A stretch of DNA of 32,000 nucleotides from Planctomycetota bacterium (GTDB lineage Bacteria; Planctomycetota; Brocadiia; Brocadiales; Scalinduaceae). Below are positions 14,194-23,175 of the stretch, in pieces. Position numbers and translations under genes: made by a program. Where the stretch lies: the NCBI GenBank assembly GCA_022570935.1, contig JACZYU010000005.1, positions 4,891 through 36,890 of the forward strand, given 5' to 3'. The notes under the pieces are model-generated. The model saw only the letters and a list, made by a program, of their open reading frames with translations. It was not told the DNA's origin and did no database searches. How positions within the stretch are numbered: position 1 is the first letter of the stretch; each line of letters starts with the position of its first letter.

Positions 14194-15633
14194 TTAAAAA
14201 TATGTTGCAACTGAAAATAACAACACGTTATTACTTACCTCAGGAGTTGTTACACGACCAGCCTCCCAATTAATCTGATATTCGGCCTTAAAAACGGTAT
14301 CTTCGGTATACCTGAAGTTAAATCCGGGCGTTAAACGAGTCCTTCTTCTATCACCCGCATTTGGTAGTGGTTGATTTACATTAAGTTCTCCCCATCTTAC
14401 TACGGCCGTAAAAGTAGAGTCATCCGTAAAGAAGGTTGGCGCAAGGTCCTTAAAGGTCTGCGGCATAAAGTGGTATCTTGGTTCTATATAATATCCCCAC
14501 ATATCTCCATTATATAGAGCGCTATTTTCAGTGTCATTGTCAAAAGCCCCTTCTCTTTCTATTGATGCATGCGCATATTCTCCAACCAGTTCAAAAGGGC
14601 CTTTCTGATAAGTCCAGTCAAAAGCCTTAATTGTCAGCCTGTTACTATCATGGTCATCTATATATCCCGTATGTACGGAAACACCTAATTCAAGACCAAG
14701 AAAAGGGCTAAACGCTACACGTCCAACAATTGCCGGGTTGCTATTGTTGTCCGACTTTTGACTTCCCCTTGCACTTCTTATAAAGCTGTCTCCGGCACCT
14801 ACAACTCCACTATCATCTGCAGCCGAAAAACCATTTACCGCATAGATTTCGTAGTCAAGTTTTGACATTTCCGTGGGGTAAAATGTACCAAAGAAACCCA
14901 TTCCTGCTTCGCTGAGGGTTGTAGGTATAATCCTTCTATTTACCATTGGCCTGGCTGTCAGGTCCTGGAGGGGCGAATCGTGGACAAGGTTAAACTTACC
15001 GAGAGGGCTCAATATTATGCCTGCACGGTAATTGATCCAATCAGTTATAAGGAAATCTATTGTTGCAAATTCAATCTTTATCTCGCCTTTACTACCTTGA
15101 ATACCACCTGTGGTTTGAGGTCCTCCATCCTCAATCTCCAACTCCATTGCAAACTTTACCCTATCAGACACATCGGAGTAAATAAACGGGATAAGCCTGT
15201 GCTGACGAAAGAAATTTTCACCATTTTCTGTAAATTGAAGCTCCATGTCCATATATCCGCCTAAATAGGTATTTCTGCCAAACCTGCGTAAAAATGGCTT
15301 TCCATATTGTCTACCAAATACCGGCGCAAGGCCTTTGTCACTAAGCTCCTGGGCTTTTTTAGCCCAGTAAAATTCCTCTCCAGGGAGAAGACCTTTTACA
15401 TCGTCCCTCAGGGACTCAAGTTCCTTAGTGGTTTCTGCCTGTTGTTCGAGTTGTCCTTTCAACTCCATAAGCATTTTCTCCATAGCCGCCACCTTTGCCC
15501 TGAGATCCTCGCCAGCGGCTGATACATTCGAACATACAGTACCAAGAAAAAGGGCAGACAGGCACATAAACATAATAATATACTTCTTCATACATATACT
15601 CCTTTCAAAAAAAGTATTTAAAATTATAATCAT
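14194..15633 (-). CDS. Outer-membrane beta-barrel porin-like protein with an N-terminal coiled coil
   Basis: The likely start is ATG 15591 (MKKYIIMFMCLSALFLGTVCSNVSA signal peptide, GAAAGGAG upstream). A coiled coil (LRAKVAAMEKMLMELKGQLEQQ) is followed by alternating amphipathic beta-strand patterns and a C-terminal aromatic residue (...LLFSVATYF), typical of OM barrels. The resemblance to OprO/P-type porins is only a general impression. Confidence 0.6.
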   Translation of the reverse strand: MIIILNTFFERSICMKKYIIMFMCLSALFLGTVCSNVSAAGEDLRAKVAAMEKMLMELKGQLEQQAETTKELESLRDDVKGLLPGEEFYWAKKAQELSDKGLAPVFGRQYGKPFLRRFGRNTYLGGYMDMELQFTENGENFFRQHRLIPFIYSDVSDRVKFAMELEIEDGGPQTTGGIQGSKGEIKIEFATIDFLITDWINYRAGIILSPLGKFNLVHDSPLQDLTARPMVNRRIIPTTLSEAGMGFFGTFYPTEMSKLDYEIYAVNGFSAADDSGVVGAGDSFIRSARGSQKSDNNSNPAIVGRVAFSPFLGLELGVSVHTGYIDDHDSNRLTIKAFDWTYQKGPFELVGEYAHASIEREGAFDNDTENSALYNGDMWGYYIEPRYHFMPQTFKDLAPTFFTDDSTFTAVVRWGELNVNQPLPNAGDRRRTRLTPGFNFRYTEDTVFKAEYQINWEAGRVTTPEVSNNVLLFSVATYF

Positions 15634-15730
15634 TCTTGCGTCTCATCCTCAATTAGTAGTTAAAAAAAATACCTTTATATCTTTAAACTGTTATAACCTA
15701 TTGAGTGATTTTATATTACATACCATTGTC

Positions 15731-16411
15731 GCCGAAGGCTTTAGCCTGCCATCGTTTGATGTGGTCCCGTAAGTTACGCAACCTAAAGGTTGCGGCTACG
15801 AAAATCGCTCAATTTTAGATATTATATTATAGATTTTGAAAGCATTTTAAGCCCAAGGCTTCATTAATTGAGACTCAACTTCAATTAATAGACAAAAAAA
15901 CAGGGGTCTTGCCTTACGTCTTTATGTAAACCTCTATGTAATAATATTATGAGAAAATCTAAAACAAACACCTAACCCGAATAAATCGGAAGAGCAAAAA
16001 GTTGGACGGTTCCAAAGCCTCACTTAACTGATTGCGACATAGTACCTTACGGCATCCACAAAAAATATTTTGACAGAAAAGGTTAAAACTTTACGACTAA
16101 AGGCACTAATACTCATTGATACTGAGTCTCAATTTAGACTATCTTATATATTTCGCTTTAAATGTCAACAGTTTTTTATATTTTATTTAAAAAAAATTTC
16201 CAAAGTAATTATGACCAGCTATTTACTACCAAAGGTACCACAATACACACGGCTTGAGAGCCTACGACTCGAACTCAGGCCGAGAGCGTGGCTCACTAAT
16301 TAGTATCTAAGTTGAGCGATTCTGTTTGATATCTCGTTGTAGCCGCCCGCCTGATGGATATATGGAAATCTCTCGTAAGTTACGCTCAATACCAGTTCGA
16401 CAAAGGCTTCG
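15731..16411. repeat. ~680-bp non-coding element bounded by nested imperfect inverted repeats
   Basis: The left arm (15731-15823) and right arm (16303-16411) share these motifs in mirror order: CGAAGGCTTT/AAAGGCTTCG, the palindrome CGTAAGTTACG (15768-15778 and 16374-16384), and GCGGCTACG..ATCGCTCAA..TTAGATA with its complement. An inner pair is AATTGAGACTCA (15866-15877) / TGAGTCTCAATT (16123-16134). The core is AT-rich and stop-rich. Confidence 0.65.
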
Positions 16412-16623
16412 AGTGAGCCTCAGCCGAACTCCTCACCGCGCCGAGCACATCAAAGAACTGAGCTGAATACAGGGTTGACCAAGGTGCTGAGGAGTTGCAA
16501 CTCTTTTTATGTTTGACGGAAAAATTCAAGTCATTATACTTTCACCTGATAACTCCCTCCACCTTTTTCAAAGGAGGAACAAAGGGGGTTTATTTTAAAA
16601 GCAAAGCCGGGGGGAATTAAATT

Positions 16624-17673
16624 TTGTTAATTCAATCTATCCTGTTTATTGCAGGGATTACGGGCATTTACTTTGGCGCTGAATGGCTGGTCAAGGGCTC
16701 ATCAAAGCTATCACGTGATCTGGGGATTAAGCCCATAGTAATAGGTTTAACCGTTGTTGCCTTTGGCACTTCCAGCCCCGAATTAGCAGTCAGTTTAACC
16801 GCGTCTATAAAAGGGTCTAATGACATAGCGATCGGGAATATAATCGGAAGTAACATAGCTAATATCGGTCTTGTCCTTGGTATTGCCGCAATAGTTTTTC
16901 CCTTAAAGGTTGAAAGGGTCATTATGAAGAGGGAACTGCCGTTGATGATTGCAATCTCAGCCGGTTTTTATTTTATGGCAATAGATAAAAAGATTGGGTT
17001 TGTTGATGGATTGGTTCTTTTCACAGGGATTATATTTTTTATAGGTTATCAAATTTATAATACTCTGAATTCTAAGAAAGAATCACGCAATTCAACTGGT
17101 AGAGCGGACGAAGCCCCTTCTCTCTCCTCATCGGCAAATTCTTCCTATCAGCATTCAGATTCAGATATCCCGGATGACAAAACAAGCCTAACGGAGCGTA
17201 CAGATAAACAAAGCCCGGCAGGAAGAAAGCATTTATTATTTAATATATTGTATATTGTAGTTGGATTAGCAGGCCTTTTAATAGGCGCACATGTACTGGT
17301 CAAAGCGGCAATCTTTATAGCCAGCAGGCTGGGAGTGAGCGAAATGGTTATCGGTCTGACAGTAGTTGCCTTTGGCACCTCAGTACCGGAAATGGCAACC
17401 TCAGTTGTAAGCGTCCTCAGAAAAGAGATGGATATATGTGTGGGGAATGTGATCGGGAGTAATATCTTCAATATACTCATGGTCATAGGATCAGTAGCAT
17501 TGGTAAGGCCATTAAATGTGGCAAGAGAGACACTCTTTTTTGAATTCCCTATCATGCTACTTTTCTCTGTAGCCTTAATACCAATGATAAGAGGCAATCT
17601 GAGGGTTAACAGGCTTGAAGGCATTCTGCTGGTTGCAGGATACTTTGTATTTATTTTTCTACTGTTTCGATAA
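16624..17673 (+). CDS. CaCA-family Na+/Ca2+ (cation/Ca2+) exchanger, YrbG-like
   Basis: 349-aa polytopic ORF with two alpha-repeat signatures, GLTVVAFGTSSPELAVS...GNIIGSNIANIGLVLG and GLTVVAFGTSVPEMATS...GNVIGSNIFNILMVIG, separated by a hydrophilic loop. TTG 16624 is the first possible start after an in-frame TAA. Confidence 0.85.
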   Translation: MLIQSILFIAGITGIYFGAEWLVKGSSKLSRDLGIKPIVIGLTVVAFGTSSPELAVSLTASIKGSNDIAIGNIIGSNIANIGLVLGIAAIVFPLKVERVIMKRELPLMIAISAGFYFMAIDKKIGFVDGLVLFTGIIFFIGYQIYNTLNSKKESRNSTGRADEAPSLSSSANSSYQHSDSDIPDDKTSLTERTDKQSPAGRKHLLFNILYIVVGLAGLLIGAHVLVKAAIFIASRLGVSEMVIGLTVVAFGTSVPEMATSVVSVLRKEMDICVGNVIGSNIFNILMVIGSVALVRPLNVARETLFFEFPIMLLFSVALIPMIRGNLRVNRLEGILLVAGYFVFIFLLFR

Positions 17674-17870
17674 ATTAGCTCACTTCATTCGCTAATTTAT
17701 TGTGCTTTGCTTCGCAAAACATAAATTCTTAATAATCTAAGGAATACCTACCCTTTAATCCCCTCCTTGCGAAGGAGGGGAAACGGGGTGGTCAAAAATA
17801 TAAAAGTCTTCCTCAGCTTATCCTACAGTTGGTTCAGGCTTGAAGTCGTACCGAAGGTCGCCCGAGGCAT

Positions 17871-18160
17871 ATTCGCTGTGGCGAACAGATCCCTCCCAAG
17901 GACGACCCTGTGAGCAGCTTTAATATCCGCCCCTGGCGGGACTGCCCATGGCATGAGCTGAAAATAAACGTTTCGGTTCAATCTGCAAGATTGAACCGGC
18001 AATATATACACGAAAAAAATTGATTGAATTAAATAGGACGCACTCGGCGGGCAGGAATTTTGGCAGATACCTGCCCGACGCCGTCATTCAGGCGGGCATA
18101 CAGATCATTTTGTATTTATCATTTTATATCTATTATCCGTGAAATTCCGTGGTAAACTTT
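17871..18160. repeat. Intergenic repeat block with a permuted module order, plus the GAAATTCCGTGGTAAACTT module
   Basis: 17871-17957 contains the same three modules as 8440-8520 but arranged flank2-middle-flank1(rc). An 8-bp-stem hairpin pairs CGGGCAGG (18048-18055) with CCTGCCCG (18070-18077). 18141-18160 matches 8618-8647. ORF 17823..18011 lies in this repeat DNA. Confidence 0.7.
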
Positions 18161-18163
18161 TAT

Positions 18164-18493
18164 ATGTTAATAATTTTATCCATACTTTCATTACCGTTAA
18201 CGGCCGCATGCTATTTTTATTCGAAGATTAAGCTGTGTGTCTTATTTGCCTTAATATTTTTTGTTTCGAATATTATATTTGCGCATGGCCTCCTCTATGA
18301 GGATTATACGGTTTTCTTTTATCTGCTCCTGGCGCCGTGTGTTGTGTTTCCGGTTTCATGCCTGACAGCGTTTGCCCTTGATGTAAAATACGGAATATTC
18401 TGCATAGATACCTCTTTTTCATCAATAATAGCATGGATATTTTCGCCAATATTACTTCCAATAAACTTAATTATTCTATACCTTGGAAACTAA
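18164..18493 (+). CDS. Small integral membrane protein (unknown function), overlapping the lpxB start
   Basis: The ORF-track entry starts at GTG 18149, inside a repeat, so ATG 18164 is the more plausible start. It has three to four hydrophobic helices. The stop at 18491-18493 overlaps the lpxB TTG at 18483, suggesting co-transcription. Confidence 0.45.
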   Translation: MLIILSILSLPLTAACYFYSKIKLCVLFALIFFVSNIIFAHGLLYEDYTVFFYLLLAPCVVFPVSCLTAFALDVKYGIFCIDTSFSSIIAWIFSPILLPINLIILYLGN

Positions 18494-19634
18494 AAAAATA
18501 TTTATAAGTGCTGGTGAGACATCCGGTGACATTCACGGTTCAAACCTCATACGTGAGATACATAAGAAAAATCCGTCAATCAAGATTCACGGTTTAGGCA
18601 GGAATAGAATGGTTGAGGCAGGTATGAATTGTATTCACGACATGAGTTCCCGTTCTGTCATGTGGCTGCATACTTTGAAAAAGATTCCCGGATTATGGAA
18701 TGTATTTAAAGACTGCACCCGTTTTCTTGATGAAGAGAAACCGGAACTGGTCATACTGCTTGATTACGCAGGTTTTAATTTCTACCTTGCGAAAGCGGCA
18801 AAGAGAAGAAATATTCCAGTCATGTATTACATCAGCCCCCAACTCTGGGCTCATGGGCCATGGAGGGTAAAGAAGATAAGGAAACTGGTAGACAGGATGG
18901 TGGTAATATATCCTTTTGAAGAGGCATTCTATGCCAGTGAGGGCGTCTCCGTAAAATATGTCGGGCATCCGCTCTTTGATGAACTTAATACGAGGGAGAT
19001 AGATGAAGTCCTCGTTAGAAAATTGAAAGATGGAGAAGACAAGACGATTGTTTCATTATTACCCGGAAGTCGCAAACAGGAAATAAGCAGGCTGTTACCT
19101 GTTCTCCTGAAGACAGCAACCGCTATTCATGAAAAAATCCCATCAGTCAAATTTCTTGTATCCGGTAGTAATGTAAGAAATTTAGAATTAATAGACGGCA
19201 TTACAAAGAGTTTTACATCTGTAAATAGTAACAAGAATTTGTCGATTGAAATAGTTACAGGGAAGATTTCTGAAGTGATAAAAGCCTCTTCACTTTGTAT
19301 CGCCAGCTCGGGAACGGTTGTTCTGGAGATAGCAAATTATCACGTCCCCATGGTAATCTGCTACCGTATTTCACCATTTTCCTATTTTGCTGCCCAACCA
19401 TTTCTAACCACACCATATATATGCCTGGTAAATGCGATTGCGAAAAAAACGATTGTCCCGGAGAAATCCATGTACAGGGATGATTATAAATGGCTGGCCT
19501 CACGCGCAACCGAGCTGTTATTAAATGAAGAAAAAAGACAGATGTGTATTGCCGGACTTAAAGAGATAGTGTCCTTAATAGGGACTCCAGGCGCATCGGC
19601 AAAGGCTGCGGATGAAGCCTTGAGTATGATATAA
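18483..19634 (+). CDS. lpxB: Lipid-A-disaccharide synthase
   Basis: 383-aa ORF with N-terminal KIFISAGETSGDIHGSNLIREI (the LpxB GETSGD signature), then LPGSR...E and a GT-B C-terminal region ASSGTVVLE. A TTG start is inferred from alignment of the N-terminus. Confidence 0.85.
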   Translation: METKKIFISAGETSGDIHGSNLIREIHKKNPSIKIHGLGRNRMVEAGMNCIHDMSSRSVMWLHTLKKIPGLWNVFKDCTRFLDEEKPELVILLDYAGFNFYLAKAAKRRNIPVMYYISPQLWAHGPWRVKKIRKLVDRMVVIYPFEEAFYASEGVSVKYVGHPLFDELNTREIDEVLVRKLKDGEDKTIVSLLPGSRKQEISRLLPVLLKTATAIHEKIPSVKFLVSGSNVRNLELIDGITKSFTSVNSNKNLSIEIVTGKISEVIKASSLCIASSGTVVLEIANYHVPMVICYRISPFSYFAAQPFLTTPYICLVNAIAKKTIVPEKSMYRDDYKWLASRATELLLNEEKRQMCIAGLKEIVSLIGTPGASAKAADEALSMI

Positions 19635-19781
19635 ATAAAAGTTACAACTTTAATAAAAAGTGTATTAAAAGAGGTTTTAATCTTGAAATTATATTTACAT
19701 TGCTGTTTGTCCAAATATCTATATAATAAAGTAATATGACCTTATATATAAAGGTCTACAATCCAAGAATAGGACATACCC

Positions 19782-20069
19782 ATGGTTAAGAGAATGACCA
19801 GCAAAGAAAGAATTATGCAGATGGCTGAGGAGGCAGCGGCAGGCAAAGAAAAGAAAACGGAAAAGAAGAAGGCAACAACCCGTAAGAAAAAAGTCGAAAC
19901 CATAAAACGGTATAAAGCTGTTTGGAAGGTTTTTGATGCCGGCTATAAGGAAGTGGCTTGCTTTCCTTATTCTGAGAAGGACGAAGCTCATGCAAGGGCA
20001 GAAACCCTTACCAAAAAAAAGAATAATAATCATTTTGTAAATGAGATAAAAGTACTCATGGAAGATTAG
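19782..20069 (+). CDS. Small Lys-rich hypothetical protein
   Basis: 95-aa ORF from an ATG with a weak AGGA upstream. It has a highly basic N-half (KEKKTEKKKATTRKKK) and a structured-looking C-half. The antisense ORFs 19719..20033 and 19813..19995 have low-complexity, non-protein-like composition. Confidence 0.45.
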   Translation: MVKRMTSKERIMQMAEEAAAGKEKKTEKKKATTRKKKVETIKRYKAVWKVFDAGYKEVACFPYSEKDEAHARAETLTKKKNNNHFVNEIKVLMED

Positions 20070-20213
20070 TAAGTATGGACAGAATCCTTAAAACCACCTT
20101 TTTTTCTGTAGTTTTCCATGAGGAGGTATTTGAAGAGATGGAAACGCTTCGGAATGCTACTAACACATTCACGACTCTTTTACACCTGTAGAATTTCCCG
20201 GACGTGTAGTGAA

Positions 20214-22208
20214 CTAAGTCCCTCCAGATTTCAAACGTCTGTAGATTGAAAATTCTCTTTCAGACTCTTTTACCTTCCACTTTGCCCTGTAGATTATACC
20301 AAGGGCAAAATGTGCATCCAGATTATCCGGGTTTATTTCTATTGCCTTCCTCAGTTTGTAAACAGCATTTTCCATATCACCTTTTTTGGCATAAGCAATT
20401 CCCAGATTATAATGGGCTTCGCCGTAATCAGATTTCATTTCAATTGCGTGTTTGTATTGATATATGGACTCATCGATCTTATTCTTAAAATCATATGCGA
20501 CCCCAAGATTGTTATAGGCTTTTGCGTAAGTGGGGTTTATCTTAACCGCCTCCTTCCATTCCGCAATGGCATTATCCAAATCACCCAGATGGCGATATAT
20601 GAGTCCTAAATTATAATGTGCTTTCGTATGATTGGGATCAAGCTCAATTGCTCTGGTCAGTTCTGAGATCGCTTCTTCGGGCATGTCTTTTTCAATATAG
20701 ATTGAACCCAGGTGATAGTGTGCCTCGGCATAATCATCTTTTATCTCTATTGCCTTTTTAAGGGAGGTTATGGCCTTGTCCACCAGGCCCTTTGAATAAT
20801 ATGCAAAGCCAAGATTATTATATGCCTTATAGTGTTTCGGTTTTGTCTCTAAAACTTTTTCCCACGCTGTAACCGCTTCATCCAATAAACCCTTATCACT
20901 ATAAGCGTTTCCCAGTAGAAAATGTAGAAGGCTATTATCAGGATTAAGCTCAATGCCTTTTTTTAACATATTTATAGCATCTTCGATCAACCCTTTTTTC
21001 AGATATGCAAAACTTGAATTATAATACGCTTCGGCATAATCAGGCTTGATCTCTATCGCCCTGTTGTAAGCCGTGATAGCTTCCTCCGGTAATCCTTTCC
21101 TATAATGAGCCACTCCCAGATTAACGTAGGCTTTCGCATAACCGGGATCTATTTTTAATGCCTCTTGAAACTCCTTTATAGATTCATTGAGCATGTTCTT
21201 TCTCATATATATTACGCCAAGATTATAATGGGCTCTTACGTGGCCGGGCGTTAATTCAAACACCTTTTGCAGTTCTGATATAGCTTCGTTTAACATTCCC
21301 GCCTTAAAATAAGCAATGCCCAGGTTATAACGTATATTTGCATCATCCGGGGTAATGGAGGCTATATTCTCATATGTGATAATGGCATCTTCAAATTTTC
21401 CTTTTTCATGAAACGCTATCGCCAGATTGTTTAAAGTCTTTATATCCTCCGGATCTATTTCAGACGCCTTATTCAATGCCGATATTGCTTCATCCAGCAT
21501 CCCCTTCTTCCTGTATGCAACTCCCAGATTGTAATATGCATCCAGGAATCCGGGTGCAAGAGTTGCGGCCTTCTCAAGTTCAGAAACGGCATTATCCAAC
21601 TGGCCCTGTTCAAGGTAGGCAGTACCAAGGTTGTAATATGATTCGGCATAGTCGGGATTCACCTCAACAGCCTTTTTATAACTTGCGATAGCATTATCCG
21701 GTAATCCCTTTTTGTAATAAGTAATTCCCAGGTTGTTTAATGATTGATAATGGTCAGGTTTAATCTCAATCGCCTTTTCATACGCAGCAATTGCATCGTC
21801 TACCAATCCTTTTTTGTTATAAAGGAGGCCCAGGTTATATTCCGCCATTGCATTGGTTTCATCAACCTGTAGTACCTTTTTGAATATATCAATTGCTTTA
21901 TCGATATCTCCCTGATTGGTGTAAATAGCCCCCAGATAAAAATATGCATTAGTATAATTCTTATCAAGTTCCAGGATTTTGTTAAACTCGTCTACGGCTT
22001 CAGGCACCATTCCTTTATCATAGTAGGCTAATCCAATATAATAATGTACTTCAACATTTGACGGTTCTTTTTCTAATACCTTTTTCAATTCGTCAATTGA
22101 TTTACTTAAATCGTTTTTTAACTCTTCTTCACCATGCACAATATTGACTTGTTGTACAATCAGAATGGTAATAGTGATTAGAAAGAAAATATGTTTTAGC
22201 CTGCACAT
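20214..22208 (-). CDS. Secreted TPR-repeat protein (about 18 tandem TPR units)
   Basis: 664-aa ORF with an N-terminal signal peptide (IFFLITITILIVQQVNIVHG). A regular 34-aa periodicity carries the W/Y-x-x-L-G-x-A-Y...A-I...Y/F-x-K-A-L/I-E-I/L-x-P consensus throughout. Confidence 0.9.
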   Translation of the reverse strand: MCRLKHIFFLITITILIVQQVNIVHGEEELKNDLSKSIDELKKVLEKEPSNVEVHYYIGLAYYDKGMVPEAVDEFNKILELDKNYTNAYFYLGAIYTNQGDIDKAIDIFKKVLQVDETNAMAEYNLGLLYNKKGLVDDAIAAYEKAIEIKPDHYQSLNNLGITYYKKGLPDNAIASYKKAVEVNPDYAESYYNLGTAYLEQGQLDNAVSELEKAATLAPGFLDAYYNLGVAYRKKGMLDEAISALNKASEIDPEDIKTLNNLAIAFHEKGKFEDAIITYENIASITPDDANIRYNLGIAYFKAGMLNEAISELQKVFELTPGHVRAHYNLGVIYMRKNMLNESIKEFQEALKIDPGYAKAYVNLGVAHYRKGLPEEAITAYNRAIEIKPDYAEAYYNSSFAYLKKGLIEDAINMLKKGIELNPDNSLLHFLLGNAYSDKGLLDEAVTAWEKVLETKPKHYKAYNNLGFAYYSKGLVDKAITSLKKAIEIKDDYAEAHYHLGSIYIEKDMPEEAISELTRAIELDPNHTKAHYNLGLIYRHLGDLDNAIAEWKEAVKINPTYAKAYNNLGVAYDFKNKIDESIYQYKHAIEMKSDYGEAHYNLGIAYAKKGDMENAVYKLRKAIEINPDNLDAHFALGIIYRAKWKVKESEREFSIYRRLKSGGT

Positions 22209-22257
22209 GTTATTTCTCCTGTTTGGTTACGGTTTTTTGCAACTTTCCTACTATGTA

Positions 22258-22356
22258 GGGGCGTATTGTTTGCCACGGCGAATCCCGCCATGGCGGATCT
22301 TGAAGTTGCCCACAGGGTCGTCCTCAGGCGACTGCCTTCGGCACGACAATACGCCC
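22258..22356. repeat. Repeat unit capped by 11-bp inverted termini, exactly filling a gene spacer
   Basis: GGGCGTATTGT (22258-22269 region) and ACAATACGCCC (22346-22356) bracket a core whose reverse complement aligns with 8440-8520. The unit ends at the base before the TAA stop (22357-22359) of the upstream gene. ORFs 22251..22544 and 22266..22481 draw on it. Confidence 0.75.
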
Positions 22357-23175
22357 TTACTTTTGCTTGCCAGCTTTTTCCTCAACATCTTCCTCTGGTA
22401 GTGCCTGGTGCGTTTCCGACTCTGAAATATCTGCGGGGAGTTCGGGCTTACCGTAAATGGTACGATAGAGACGGTTACTGAGGATCCCCGTTTGTGATGG
22501 AAGGTACAATGATCCCCGTGTATGCGGTCCTGAAACCTGTTCATTGAACTTGTCCAGTCGAACTACAAAACCAGCCGTTACCGCCCTGGCCCTGTCTACC
22601 CCCAATCCCTCGTTCTCTGCAACCTCTAATTTATAGCTCATGGTTTCCTCTGGTATGCCAAGAGGATGCAGCTTTTCCTTACGCATGGAAACACTGACCG
22701 GCTTGTCTAACGGCAAAGTAACAGGCTTACCCATTAAGACCTTCTCCGGTTTTTCGAATGGTGATTCAAGGGTATCTTTCTCAGTCTTTGTTTGCGCAAA
22801 TTCACCGGGAATTACATCTTCAAGTCTTTTGGCCAAGAGTTCATCCGGCAGTTCTGCGTGTGTGCCAATCAGTTTTTTTACCAGTAAATCACCCACAAGG
22901 AGTTCCTTAAAGGTGTATTCCTTATGCTTGTTCCTTTGTAAACTGTAGTTTGCGTAGATAAGCATGACTACTATTATTACGGATAATGCAGTGATAATCT
23001 TGCCCGAAGATTGGGGTATTATTATTTTCAGAATATGAAGAAAGATGACAAATAGAAATGCCGAACAACCGACCTCGATAAGTCCGGCTTGCCATTTTCC
23101 ACTGTAAGTAAGGCCAACAAACACCACCGCCAGCAGAAAAAAAGTGATGCACGTGTATAATATAGCGCTTTTCAA
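22357..23175 (-). CDS. Hypothetical membrane protein (three N-terminal TM helices + soluble C-terminal domain)
   Basis: 272-aa ORF with a TTG start. Hydrophobic segments are ILYTCITFFLLAVVFVGL, LIEVGCSAFLFVIFLHIL and ALSVIIVVMLIYA. No recognisable family. Confidence 0.5.
   Translation of the reverse strand: MKSAILYTCITFFLLAVVFVGLTYSGKWQAGLIEVGCSAFLFVIFLHILKIIIPQSSGKIITALSVIIVVMLIYANYSLQRNKHKEYTFKELLVGDLLVKKLIGTHAELPDELLAKRLEDVIPGEFAQTKTEKDTLESPFEKPEKVLMGKPVTLPLDKPVSVSMRKEKLHPLGIPEETMSYKLEVAENEGLGVDRARAVTAGFVVRLDKFNEQVSGPHTRGSLYLPSQTGILSNRLYRTIYGKPELPADISESETHQALPEEDVEEKAGKQK

Noticed and set aside
16255-16300. tRNA-like T-loop sequence (GAGTTCGAGTC on the minus strand) and similar GGCTTCGGCG..GAACTCAGCCGAA motifs at 3655-3690, 13401-13437 and 16395-16440
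   Set aside because: No cloverleaf can be drawn: there is no acceptor stem, no D-arm, and the loop sizes are wrong. These are simple 4-6-bp hairpin modules of another short repeat family.
16489-16580. Terminator-like GAGTTGCAACTC + T5 (16491-16510) and a hairpin sequestering AAAGGAGGA (about 16553-16578) upstream of the cation exchanger, considered as a riboswitch or leader
   Set aside because: The stems are only 4-8 bp with mismatches. No known riboswitch consensus is recognisable. The AGGAGG is about 45 nt from the TTG start, so a regulatory role cannot be supported from sequence alone.
17148-17624. 158-aa minus-strand ORF, plus 16668..16922, antisense to the cation exchanger
   Set aside because: The plus-strand gene carries duplicated CaCA alpha-repeat signatures. 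The antisense frames are artefacts of the biased codon composition of a membrane protein gene.
20075-20191. 38-codon plus-strand ORF (MDRILKTTFFSVVFHEEVFEEMETLRN...) just after the 95-aa gene
   Set aside because: It is short, has no SD and no recognisable motif, and lies in the convergent spacer where terminators would be expected. The evidence is insufficient.
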